Shown: positions 18,958-28,335, counted from the first letter of the stretch. The stretch is DNA of 64,000 nucleotides from Candidatus Poribacteria bacterium (GCA_965215265.1 OZ244048.1:640001-704000); one strand, 5' to 3'. Made by a program: numbers and translations. Notes: generated by a model from the letters alone, not told the origin.

Positions 18958-20901
18958 ATGGAAGCTTCAGAAACTCCCCATATTAGACCTGACAAAAAAA
19001 GCGGAATCACCTTCCGTGCCCTCATCATCGGAACCCTCCTTGTTATAGGCAATGCCTACTGGCTCGCTTACGCAGCGGAGATGATTCAACCGCAGTTCCT
19101 CCTCAACTTCGTCTCTCTCTTCTTCAACGCTATTTTTACCTTATTTGCCGTCATCGCTTTCAATCTATTATGGAAGAGAATAGTACCCCAGAATGCATTA
19201 ACATCGCAGGAACTCCTCGTCATCTACACCATGGTCGTCATGGTATCAACAATCGGCGGGCATTCCATGATGACGTTCCTCATCGGCACACTCGCACATC
19301 CGTTCCGGTTCGCAACCCCTGAAAACGAATGGGCAGACCTGTTCTGGCGATACATTCCAACGTGGTTTGTTCCTGAAAACAGGGCCTTGGATGCCTATTT
19401 TGAAGGCGACTCTACCTTTTATCTCGCGAAGCATCTCCGCGGTTGGATGCTGCCGATACTTGTCTGGACAGGCTTCGTCACCGTACTCTGGTTCACCTTG
19501 ATTTGTCTCAATACCATTATCCGCGTGCAGTGGACGGAACGTGAAAAACTCGCGTATCCGATTATCCAATTGCCACTCCAGATGGCTGCTGGACGCAAAA
19601 GTTTTTACAAAAACGGCACGATGTGGATAGGCTTCTCGGTCGCAGCGTTCATTGAACTGCTCTCTGGACTAAGCTACCTCTTTCCACAGGTCCCATCTAT
19701 CCAACTCAATTACTACTCAATCACGCATCTCTTTACCGACAAACCGTGGAATGCTGTCGGATGGATATCCCTATCAGCGTACCCATTTATCATCGGGTTG
19801 ACGTTCTTTGTGCCGTTGGATATTTCAATGTCGGCGTGGTTTTTCTATCTCTTTGGGAAAGCGGAACGAATAATCCGGTCCGGCATGCTTGGGGAAGGTG
19901 AACTCTATTTCGCAGAGCGTGCCGGCGGTGCATGGCTCGCCGTCGGCATCTTAGCGTTGTGGGGCACACGCCGCCATCTTCGAGATGTCATACAAAACTG
20001 TTTCACAACCAAACGACACTTTGATGATTCAAATGAACCGATGCCGTATCGTGTGGCTGTCGGCGGATTAATATTCGGATGCATTCTGCTCACGCTATTT
20101 TCGATGCAGGCTGGGATGTCCGTGGGCGGTGTCCTCGGTTTTATTATTATTTTTACGTTGATGGCACTCGGCGTAACGCGCGTCCGTGCAGAATTCGGTC
20201 CACCCGCTCATGAAATTCTCGCACTTGACCCCGCCCGGCTCATGGCTGTCACTCTCGGACCACGCCTCGTCGGCACACAGAACTTGACCCTTATTTCATT
20301 CTATTATTGGCTCAATAGACTGAACGTCTCGCACCCGATGCCCAATCAATTGGAAGGTTTCAAACTCGCAGAACGGGCGAACATAAACAGCAGGAAACTG
20401 GTCTGGGTAATGATGTTCGCCATCGTCATCGGCACACTCGCCTCATTCTGGGCATTTCTCTACCTAATGTATGACGCTGGGGCACTAGCAGTACACGGGT
20501 ACATCGTCGGCATCGGCAACGAAGTCTTCGGTAGACGTTTACAACGGTGGATTAACAACCCTACTGGCACTAACTGGGGCGGGACGCAATCCATGGGCAT
20601 CGGGGCTATCATGACATGGCTCCTCTATTTCCTACGACACAAGTTTATTTGGTGGCCCTTCCACCCCATCGGCTACGTCATGACTGCCGCTACATGGGGC
20701 GGACTCGCTGACTTCTGGTTCTCTGTCTTCCTCGGTTGGCTAGTCAAGTTCATTATTATTACTATCTTCGGTTTAAAGGCGCACCAACGGGCAATTCCGT
20801 TTTTTTTAGGGTTAGTCATGGGAGATTATGTGTTTGTTGGACTCTGGGCACTACTCGGCACACTCTTTAATATACCTACTTACGTGCTCTGGTCACCTTA
20901 A
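18958..20901 (+). CDS. Polytopic membrane protein of unknown function (DUF6785/DUF6784-like, possibly transporter)
   Basis: ~650 aa with many hydrophobic segments; QWTEREKLAYPI..LP, R.RAE.G, WWPFHPIGY, PFFLGL..GD motifs. Confidence 0.75.
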   Translation: MEASETPHIRPDKKSGITFRALIIGTLLVIGNAYWLAYAAEMIQPQFLLNFVSLFFNAIFTLFAVIAFNLLWKRIVPQNALTSQELLVIYTMVVMVSTIGGHSMMTFLIGTLAHPFRFATPENEWADLFWRYIPTWFVPENRALDAYFEGDSTFYLAKHLRGWMLPILVWTGFVTVLWFTLICLNTIIRVQWTEREKLAYPIIQLPLQMAAGRKSFYKNGTMWIGFSVAAFIELLSGLSYLFPQVPSIQLNYYSITHLFTDKPWNAVGWISLSAYPFIIGLTFFVPLDISMSAWFFYLFGKAERIIRSGMLGEGELYFAERAGGAWLAVGILALWGTRRHLRDVIQNCFTTKRHFDDSNEPMPYRVAVGGLIFGCILLTLFSMQAGMSVGGVLGFIIIFTLMALGVTRVRAEFGPPAHEILALDPARLMAVTLGPRLVGTQNLTLISFYYWLNRLNVSHPMPNQLEGFKLAERANINSRKLVWVMMFAIVIGTLASFWAFLYLMYDAGALAVHGYIVGIGNEVFGRRLQRWINNPTGTNWGGTQSMGIGAIMTWLLYFLRHKFIWWPFHPIGYVMTAATWGGLADFWFSVFLGWLVKFIIITIFGLKAHQRAIPFFLGLVMGDYVFVGLWALLGTLFNIPTYVLWSP

Positions 20902-20937
20902 CACCTAGAATATCTTGAAAAAAGTGCCTGCCTACCC

Positions 20938-23900
20938 CTACAGTTCAGGCAAATTCTTCACAAGCTTCACCGTCTCTAGACTCATCGACACAACCCGTCC
21001 GATTAATTCCACAATATATTTCGGGGCATCCGCACGGTTCGGATCGTTTCGAATGCCACTCCGTTTGTCTACCTTCACACGATACCCATCCACTACCCAC
21101 TCCAACGCACTACGCGCACCTAAACGATACGCAAACGCCTCATCCGGAATACCGGCTATCGTCAGGAAGTCGTTGTAGTCCAACTGCGTCTTCTCTTTCG
21201 AGAATCTCATCTTCTCTACGCGCCAATCCCGCTGGACATTAGGTGTCTCAATAAACTGCAAGCCTGCAGATTCGGGCTGCGTTTCATAGTTGACGTGAAG
21301 TTCTGCTAACCGCGCACCAATGTTCACGAACGCCCAGAAATCTGGTGCAAATGGGATGTGAGGTAAATCGCGCTTGAGATTCATCTGATAAGTTTCGCGA
21401 TAGTCCGGCTGATGCAATAGCGCATAGATGTAATGAAAGATGTCCCACTTGCTGATAGTGTCCTCGCCGTAGTGAGTTCTGAACGCTGCCAATGCCCACT
21501 CCGTGATGTTTTCACGGCGGTTGCTGCCGTCCTCGGCGTAGATATAGAAAGGGAAACATTGCGTTTTTTCAAATCCCACATCTAAATTGGGAATCATATT
21601 TGTTGCGAGACAACCAAAGCCTTTCCAATTTCCAACACCCGCTACACAAATTACCTGGTTTTCCTTTTCTGTCTCAGGAGTCGGAAAGATGAAACGAAAG
21701 AGTCCGGGCCGGTCTACTAGCATCCGATCAAAGTAGAGCGCCCGCTTCGTGAAAGGGCGGTAGAGGCATCGCCGCAGTTTTGAGTCATTAAATTCAGCGA
21801 AATGTCCGCTATTCAGATGCCGTTTTAACGTGGAACTCCATTTAATTTTCGTGGCATCAGCATCCACAAAATCATCAACGTTGGCACCTCGAGCGCTCTG
21901 ATGCTGCCACTTGAAAACTTGCATGTTGTAGTTCTCAATCATCCGCTGCATATTTTGAGAGAGCGCTTGGGCGTTGAAGTTGAGGCTCCACGCATCGCGG
22001 TTCGTGCTAATACCGAGGCTGTAAGTTTTGAAAATAACATCCACAGCCTCCCCTTTTGCTTTCTTTGCTTGCTGCGTTCCGAGAGGAATAAAGGTATCAA
22101 ACGCTGCGTTGAGTCCTTCCGTGAGCCACGTGTATCGGGCATCCGGGGCGATGGTTTGCCACTCAATATTCCCAGCATGTTGGCGTTCATTCAGAAAATC
22201 AAACTTCCGTTGTCTGTTCCACAGTTCATCGAGGCGATGGTAACAGATACGGCAGGGCTCCGGTGATTTTTGATGTTTCTTCACAAACAGGTTGATACTG
22301 ACACCGACCTGGATTCCGAATACATTTGTGTCAGAGACCTTTAAGCCTCGCCTCGCATTGCCCCCCAAGTCCAGAACATAGAGCGCATCGCAGTCGGCCG
22401 CGAGGTGTTTCCGCATCCCGTCGAAAGCCAATCCGTCAAGGAAGCTATTGTTCGTTATCAAGGCGACAATACCTTCATCGCCTATCCTATCCAACCCCCA
22501 TCGAATTGCCTTCACATACGGGTCATACAGCTTATTTTTTAGGGCCGCCTTAGAATCCTTGGCGTATGTCTCTGCGATGCGTTTATCCATCGCCGGATAC
22601 TGCCGATTTTTGTTGTTATCGTTCTCATTCACCTGGCCAGCGTTGTAGGGCGGATTCCCGAGAACTACAAACATCTCCGACGCTTTCTGACGCTCCACCC
22701 GGGCCGTGTTTTCACGCGTGAAGAGTTGCGCCTGCTCTGATTCAAGCAACTCAAACGTATCAACAAGGCAGATGCCTTCAAACGGCAGGTATTCACCCGT
22801 CCGGCGGAAATATTCATGCTCTATGTTCAAACTGGAGATGTAATACGGCAACAGCATCAACTCGTTGCAGTGGAGTTCCGCACGGTATTTCTCCTCCAAC
22901 ATTGTGCCCTCAATATCTTGCATCAGACGCACGATGAAGTTGCCGGTACCGACGAACGGGTCGATGATGTGAACACCCGGCTCGGAAAGCGAGCGGTTAA
23001 ACTCGGTTTCTAAGAGGTATTCCACACTTTTCACCATGAAATCGACTATCGGTTGCGGCGTATAGACAATCCCATGCGTATCCGCAACTTCTATGGAGAA
23101 TCCTTGGAAAAACTGTTCATAAACCGTGTTCAAGAAGTGTTGTTTTTGGGAGAAATCCGTGCAGAGCGTAGCCGCTTGCTCAATCGCACGATAGAACGGC
23201 TCAAGACGCCGCATGAAGCCGTCTCGACTGAAAGCGTGGTGCGTGAGTGCATCAATAACGGTTTCAATGTCGCGGGCGATGATATTTCTGCGTGTAAAAT
23301 CCGGATTATCAAAGACGGTGCGGAAAATGCGTTCTGTGAGCAGGTGTTGGATGAGCATCTCTTCCACTGCGGCTTTAGACAGATTCGGATTGATTGATGC
23401 GCGGCACTGCCGGTAAAAATCGGCAAAGGCGCTGGTGAAGCGTGTATTGGTTTGGTGCTGTTGCCGGATGAGTTGAGCGAGTTCTCGCCCGAGCGCAGGG
23501 ACCTTCTCTTTGAATGCAGAAACAGCGGCGTGCCACTTCTCAATCGCGGCAAACGGCTCTGAAAACAGACGATGCACTGCCTCAAGGAGCGAGTCAGGCT
23601 GCGTCATGTCTACGTCAAGCACTCTCTGGTTGTTCTGATAGAGGACACCGCGCTGCGGCGTGTAGAAGAAGATATTAGATGTCGGGTAACCCGCGTCAAT
23701 CTTTCGTGTAATTTCACGTTCCAGATCATCTGCCATGTCTTTCGCTTCACAATAAGCGAAGGGGAGTTCGTATTCGTCAAGAATCGCACCGTCAAGCACG
23801 ATACGGTTTCCGCGTTCCGTACGCATAGCATATTGCGGCACAAATACCGCCTCTACCTGTCGCGCACACGTTTGCAGCAGCGTCCCCAGCGGAATACTCA

Positions 23901-24000
23901 CCGCACCTTCGTGAACGATGTGGCTCTGTTCGTAGCGTTCCAGCGTCGTGTAGTAGTCGCGCACAGATTTACTGTTGGAGTTCAGACTCAAGTTTTGCAT
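20938..24000 (-). CDS. Type ISP-like restriction-modification protein without helicase (PD-(D/E)xK-like N-terminus, N6-adenine MTase, target-recognition C-terminus)
   Basis: DG...EAKD; GIVYTP, IIDPFVGTGNF, GNPPY; YRPF, DIFHYIYA.L..P.YR..Y, P.IP; start moved to ATG 24000. Confidence 0.85.
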   Translation of the reverse strand: MQNLSLNSNSKSVRDYYTTLERYEQSHIVHEGAVSIPLGTLLQTCARQVEAVFVPQYAMRTERGNRIVLDGAILDEYELPFAYCEAKDMADDLEREITRKIDAGYPTSNIFFYTPQRGVLYQNNQRVLDVDMTQPDSLLEAVHRLFSEPFAAIEKWHAAVSAFKEKVPALGRELAQLIRQQHQTNTRFTSAFADFYRQCRASINPNLSKAAVEEMLIQHLLTERIFRTVFDNPDFTRRNIIARDIETVIDALTHHAFSRDGFMRRLEPFYRAIEQAATLCTDFSQKQHFLNTVYEQFFQGFSIEVADTHGIVYTPQPIVDFMVKSVEYLLETEFNRSLSEPGVHIIDPFVGTGNFIVRLMQDIEGTMLEEKYRAELHCNELMLLPYYISSLNIEHEYFRRTGEYLPFEGICLVDTFELLESEQAQLFTRENTARVERQKASEMFVVLGNPPYNAGQVNENDNNKNRQYPAMDKRIAETYAKDSKAALKNKLYDPYVKAIRWGLDRIGDEGIVALITNNSFLDGLAFDGMRKHLAADCDALYVLDLGGNARRGLKVSDTNVFGIQVGVSINLFVKKHQKSPEPCRICYHRLDELWNRQRKFDFLNERQHAGNIEWQTIAPDARYTWLTEGLNAAFDTFIPLGTQQAKKAKGEAVDVIFKTYSLGISTNRDAWSLNFNAQALSQNMQRMIENYNMQVFKWQHQSARGANVDDFVDADATKIKWSSTLKRHLNSGHFAEFNDSKLRRCLYRPFTKRALYFDRMLVDRPGLFRFIFPTPETEKENQVICVAGVGNWKGFGCLATNMIPNLDVGFEKTQCFPFYIYAEDGSNRRENITEWALAAFRTHYGEDTISKWDIFHYIYALLHQPDYRETYQMNLKRDLPHIPFAPDFWAFVNIGARLAELHVNYETQPESAGLQFIETPNVQRDWRVEKMRFSKEKTQLDYNDFLTIAGIPDEAFAYRLGARSALEWVVDGYRVKVDKRSGIRNDPNRADAPKYIVELIGRVVSMSLETVKLVKNLPEL

Positions 24001-24006
24001 GCCTTT

Positions 24007-24035
24007 ATGATAGCAGAATTCAAAACAAATAGCAA
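24007..24035 (-). promoter_or_regulatory. Promoter of the RM gene (leaderless geometry)
   Basis: TTGCTA-17-TATCAT with extended TG; 6 nt between the -10 and ATG 24000. Confidence 0.6.
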
Positions 24036-24089
24036 GCCGATTTTCCTCTGTGAAGGTGAAAATCAAACTTTTCGGGTTTGAAAATTTGT

Positions 24090-24118
24090 TTGAAAAATTA
24101 CGTATTTTCTTTTACAAT
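24090..24118 (+). promoter_or_regulatory. Promoter pointing into the non-coding repeat region
   Basis: TTGAAA-17-TACAAT; no plus-strand ORF of 60 aa or more follows before the convergent gene. Confidence 0.45.
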
Positions 24119-24203
24119 ACGTATAGGATTCTTTATTTTTCCCTTTTCATAAAATCCCCCTCTCTTTTGAATGTGAAAATGAAACGTTACCTGCCACAAC
24201 TGC

Positions 24204-24422
24204 CTTTATTGTGCTAAAAGAGACTAAAAATCTCGTCGCCCGCCCACCCAAATCCTTTCTCTCTTTAGATTCATAGCATCAGAACCCTCTGGCGAGATTT
24301 GTGCTCCCACCCACCCAATTCCTTTCAAAACATAAATAGTTGTTGGGCTGAAAGAGACGAAAAAACGAGATTTACACAGTTGTTGACACAACATCAGCCG
24401 TTGATGGGCTGAAAGAGACGAA
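24204..24422. repeat. Cluster of short direct repeats
   Basis: 23-mer GTTGWTGGGCTGAAAGAGACGAA at 24339 and 24400 (22/23) with a degenerate copy near 24207; 21-mer CCCRCCCACCCAAWTCCTTTC at 24239 and 24306 (19/21). Confidence 0.8.
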
Positions 24423-24499
24423 TTAGTTGATAAGCGACTGAGAATGACAAAACGAACGTATTTGCGAAGAAATTGGCAGAACATGTGAATCTCATTTTT

Positions 24500-25810
24500 T
24501 CAGAATCCGCGTGCCTCGGAAGAGACAACCTCTGCAATTGCTGCGAACACTGCGTCTACATCCGATTCTTCAAGACACGAATACGCAATCCGTAATTCAG
24601 ATTCGCCCAATGCAATTGTGCCGATGCCATGCTCGGAGAGCAGTCTTTGTCGAACAACCTCAGCGTTCGCTGATTTCAGATGCAAACAGGCGAAATAGCC
24701 AGCGTGAAACGGATAGAGTTCCCAAAGGGCTGTGTACCGTTTCTCCGATGCAACTTGCTTGACTTTCAATGCACGCATCTTGAGAATTTCGTAGTTTTGC
24801 TGTTTTTGTGTCGAGTAGCCACGGGCATTCATTGCTTGTAGAATAAGCGTTTGTGAAACTTGAGCCGCGCCGGATGTATTTGCACGAATCAGTCCACTCA
24901 GTTTTTGCTCAAGCGGAGACATAACAGTTTGAGCGAGTCCGAAAGTTAAAAACCCAACCCGCAAGCCCCAAGCGTATTCCTCTTTCGTGGCACCGTCTAT
25001 TTTTACGGGCACGACTTTCGAATGGCAGCCTGCCAACAAACCGAAAATCGATTCGTGCATCACTGATTCGTCATACCAGAAGCCTGCGTATGCATCGTCA
25101 ACCATAACCAGGATGTGATGGCCAGCATCGGCACACTCCAAAATCGCCTCCACGAGTTGTTTTGCCTCGGCGCGAGTGATGGCATAGCCGGTCGGGTTAT
25201 GCGGAAAATTCACGAGGAGGAGAAGTTTTCCTTTTTTCTGTTTAGACAACGTCTCGCGGAGGCCGTGTATGTTAAAACGTTTCGCGGGGCTATAAAACGG
25301 GTAGGTTTGTATGTTCGCTCGTGCCTTCGTTTCAAAGATGAGTCGATAATTACCCCAGATTTTATCAGGTAGAATGAGCGTATCGCCACTATCCACAAAA
25401 AGTTCAGCGAGCAGACTAAATCCATGCGTTATGCCACTTGTCACGATTGGCAGGCTAAGTGCTGTCTTTGCAAGTGATGGGTTCGTTGCACGCAGATTTG
25501 CTGCCCATTTCTGCCGTAGTTCTAGTTGACCCAGCACTTGCGCGTACCCATACACGTTTTCAATTGAAAGCTCCGGTACTAACTCACGTGAAACAGCGAG
25601 GTGCATCAGTTTTGCATCTTTGAGTGCAACAGCTCGCGTCGCATTGAAACGGGATGCCCGTTCATTCGCTTCAGCACTTTGGCTCAAGATGCCCTTCGGA
25701 AGATAAATGCGTTTTCCTAACTCGGAAAGTAGTGCGAAAACAACTGGGGCATCTGTGCGAAGTTTTTCGTTTAATTCAACGGCTAAAGGACTTTCTTTCT
25801 GTTTCAGCAT
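24500..25810 (-). CDS. Class I/II aminotransferase
   Basis: NFPHNPTG, DDAY, DGATKEEYAWGLRVG. Confidence 0.9.
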   Translation of the reverse strand: MLKQKESPLAVELNEKLRTDAPVVFALLSELGKRIYLPKGILSQSAEANERASRFNATRAVALKDAKLMHLAVSRELVPELSIENVYGYAQVLGQLELRQKWAANLRATNPSLAKTALSLPIVTSGITHGFSLLAELFVDSGDTLILPDKIWGNYRLIFETKARANIQTYPFYSPAKRFNIHGLRETLSKQKKGKLLLLVNFPHNPTGYAITRAEAKQLVEAILECADAGHHILVMVDDAYAGFWYDESVMHESIFGLLAGCHSKVVPVKIDGATKEEYAWGLRVGFLTFGLAQTVMSPLEQKLSGLIRANTSGAAQVSQTLILQAMNARGYSTQKQQNYEILKMRALKVKQVASEKRYTALWELYPFHAGYFACLHLKSANAEVVRQRLLSEHGIGTIALGESELRIAYSCLEESDVDAVFAAIAEVVSSEARGF

Positions 25811-26006
25811 CGTTATGTTTTTGAGGGAATACCTTTTAGGTATCTATTCATATAAAGATTGACGGATTAACTGCAATTCACGATAATTTTAATTATGCAT
25901 TTCTGGCCACTTTATGTCAACCAATTTTGTCAATTTTGCGTCTTAAATACAAATCGCGCTTGCAAGCGGCATATCAAAAAAATTTAATAGCAGAAAAGAG
26001 CCATTC

Positions 26007-27101
26007 ATGAAAATTCTTCTTAAAAGCATTACATTGGCGATTGTCTTTGTTATCATTATCGGTTTCTTCTTATGTATATATATCCTGCAAGCACCGCCGG
26101 TTGAGCAATCGCGCGTTTCAAAGATACAAATGCACACACGAACGGGCCTGCGAGGCAATCCGAGGCTGGATTCAAAACCGATTGCCTATACCAAAGATGT
26201 GTACCGTTTCAGCTGCAATCCAAAATACATCAGCAACCTAAACAGTGGCAACCTTTCTACGAAACTTCTGTTTAGTGCGGATTTGGCGCATCGTGCAAGG
26301 CTGAAGGCAAAACGTTTAGACGAGGAATTGAAAACCGCGACTGATTGGGCGAAGATGTTCTCCGGTTTAACAGAGAACGTCCGGTTTGATTCACATTCCC
26401 ATGTGCTTGAGGTATTACTCAGCGGTGAAGAATGGTTCCTGACAGACAGTGCAGGTGCTGGATATAAGATTGTTAGAACACAAAATCGGGTGGATGTCTA
26501 TCTCCCTAATCTCAAAGAAATTTTTGAAACAAATAACGTCCGGCTTTCTCAAAATACCCAAACTTCTATCCAAAAAGAAGGAAGACAGTGGCTCATCAAA
26601 GATATAGATTATATACAAACTTATGTCATAAAATTAGGCAGAGGAAAGTTAAATGTCTACCAGCAATCCAAGTATGAGATTCTGGAGTTGCTGTTTGATA
26701 TTAAGTTAGCATCAAAGCCTGCTTTAGCGGCATCACTTATTCAGATCGGTTCGGAGTCTACACCTAATGTTCCGGTAGATTTGTACGAGATATTTGCTAA
26801 TCAGAAGATAGCATTGACCCGGGAAGCAAAGTTCTCGGTAATTGAGCCGCGGACTAACTGGTTGATAACCGATTCCCCCCAAAAATATCGCATCGAAAAA
26901 AACAACGGTAGATTGATGGGTTATCTTGAGTTGGAGAGTAAATGGCTCCGTATTCGCGTAGATGATAGCATCCAAGGGTGGGTCCAACGTGAACGCGGGA
27001 CGGTTTTCCCACCTCCTCTCATACAACTCAGCTCACGCCAGCAAGCAAAACAAAGGTTGCTCCTGCTTGTTGAGAAATGGAAAGAAAAAATTAACCGGTG
27101 A
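26007..27101 (+). CDS. Membrane-anchored protein: split SH3b-like domain with three inserted copies of a ~70-80-aa module
   Basis: N-terminal TM; LRGNP..DS..I / YEILE / WLRI..D....GWV separated by F....LS....W.I.D....Y.I....L..Y units. Confidence 0.6.
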   Translation: MKILLKSITLAIVFVIIIGFFLCIYILQAPPVEQSRVSKIQMHTRTGLRGNPRLDSKPIAYTKDVYRFSCNPKYISNLNSGNLSTKLLFSADLAHRARLKAKRLDEELKTATDWAKMFSGLTENVRFDSHSHVLEVLLSGEEWFLTDSAGAGYKIVRTQNRVDVYLPNLKEIFETNNVRLSQNTQTSIQKEGRQWLIKDIDYIQTYVIKLGRGKLNVYQQSKYEILELLFDIKLASKPALAASLIQIGSESTPNVPVDLYEIFANQKIALTREAKFSVIEPRTNWLITDSPQKYRIEKNNGRLMGYLELESKWLRIRVDDSIQGWVQRERGTVFPPPLIQLSSRQQAKQRLLLLVEKWKEKINR

Positions 27102-27105
27102 GCAT

Positions 27106-28293
27106 GTGAAAATTCTTTTTTTATCCACTACTATGCCGTTTCCACTAATAGATGGAGGGCGAATTCGAGTTTTTAACCTACTTAAACAACTTGCGCAGAA
27201 AAGTGATGTCACCCTGCTTGCCTTAGAGACACAACCGGCTGATGTTAAAAACATCACTTTTCTTGAGCGTATCGGCATTCAGGTTATTCTTGTGCCTAAC
27301 GTTTCAGTACCGCCCCTTATATCGTTACGCACCCTCTTTACAGCATTGTTGAAAAAAGAACCGATTACCATTACCCGGTACAACGTCCGTGCCTACCGCC
27401 AGAAATTCAGAGAATTAATCGCGACTGAAGCGTTTGATCTGGTTCACTATGAAATGTTGCATACCGCCCAATTTTATGGAGAGACTGATTTACCGAGTCT
27501 GCTTTCGCAGCAGAACGTTGACTCGGCTATTTGGCGACGGCTCGCCCAGGAAACTGGCAACCCGGTTCGGAAATTCTTGTATTGGACGCAGCAATGTGCT
27601 TTTGAACGTTACGAGCGGAAGATGATTCCGAATTTTGACGTTATTGCATGCGCCTCGGAAATAGACCAGGCGTACTTCCAGCGAACGTGCCCACAATCCC
27701 GCATTGAGGTTATTCCGAACGGCGTAGATGTTCAAAACTACCAGCCGGATTTCGCGAGCCGAGCAGAAATGCAACTGATGTACATCGGAAGCATGGATTG
27801 GTATCCGAACGAGGATGCTGTTTTCTTCTTTGCTAACGAAGTGTTGCCGAAAATTCACAAAAAACTGCCCAACGTCACATTTTCGGCTGTCGGCAGTAAC
27901 CCTTCTATGCGCCTGCAGAAATTAGCGAACAATAGACAAATTATTGTCACTGGACGGGTGCCTGAAATTAAGCCTTATTTTGCACAGACGACAGTTTTTG
28001 TCGTGCCACTCCGAATCGGAAGCGGCACACGTCTCAAAATCCTTGAGGCTTTGGCGATGGGCAAAGCGGTGGTTTCAACCTCCGTCGGCGCGGAGGGATT
28101 AGACTTAGTTAGCGGCGAAGAGATTTTTATCGCTGATGAACCTGAAGCCTTCGCGGAAGCAGTCCTTCGTTTGCTCACAACGCCATCGCTCCGCCAGAGG
28201 ATAGGCGAAAACGGTCGCGTGCGTGTGGTAAAAGACTACGATTGGCGTAGCATCGGCGCAAAAGTTTATACGTTCTACGAGTCTATCCTTTAA
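27106..28293 (+). CDS. GT4 family glycosyltransferase
   Basis: GGRIR, IPNGVD, GSMDW.PN, GSGTRLKILEALAMG; GTG start 5 nt after the previous stop. Confidence 0.92.
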   Translation: MKILFLSTTMPFPLIDGGRIRVFNLLKQLAQKSDVTLLALETQPADVKNITFLERIGIQVILVPNVSVPPLISLRTLFTALLKKEPITITRYNVRAYRQKFRELIATEAFDLVHYEMLHTAQFYGETDLPSLLSQQNVDSAIWRRLAQETGNPVRKFLYWTQQCAFERYERKMIPNFDVIACASEIDQAYFQRTCPQSRIEVIPNGVDVQNYQPDFASRAEMQLMYIGSMDWYPNEDAVFFFANEVLPKIHKKLPNVTFSAVGSNPSMRLQKLANNRQIIVTGRVPEIKPYFAQTTVFVVPLRIGSGTRLKILEALAMGKAVVSTSVGAEGLDLVSGEEIFIADEPEAFAEAVLRLLTTPSLRQRIGENGRVRVVKDYDWRSIGAKVYTFYESIL

Positions 28294-28306
28294 AGCGAAA
28301 AACGAC

Positions 28307-28335
28307 TTGCATGTCTATTCTACTTTTGGTAAAAT
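28307..28335 (+). promoter_or_regulatory. Sigma70-type promoter
   Basis: TTGCAT-17-TAAAAT with extended TG. Confidence 0.55.

Noticed and set aside
24339-24422. CRISPR array (23-nt repeat, 38-nt spacer)
   Set aside because: Only two good copies, irregular periodicity, a second interleaved repeat family and no cas genes; kept only as an unexplained repeat region.
24067-26006. oriC
   Set aside because: No cluster of TTATCCACA boxes and no dnaA/dnaN/gidA nearby; only the skew change is reported.
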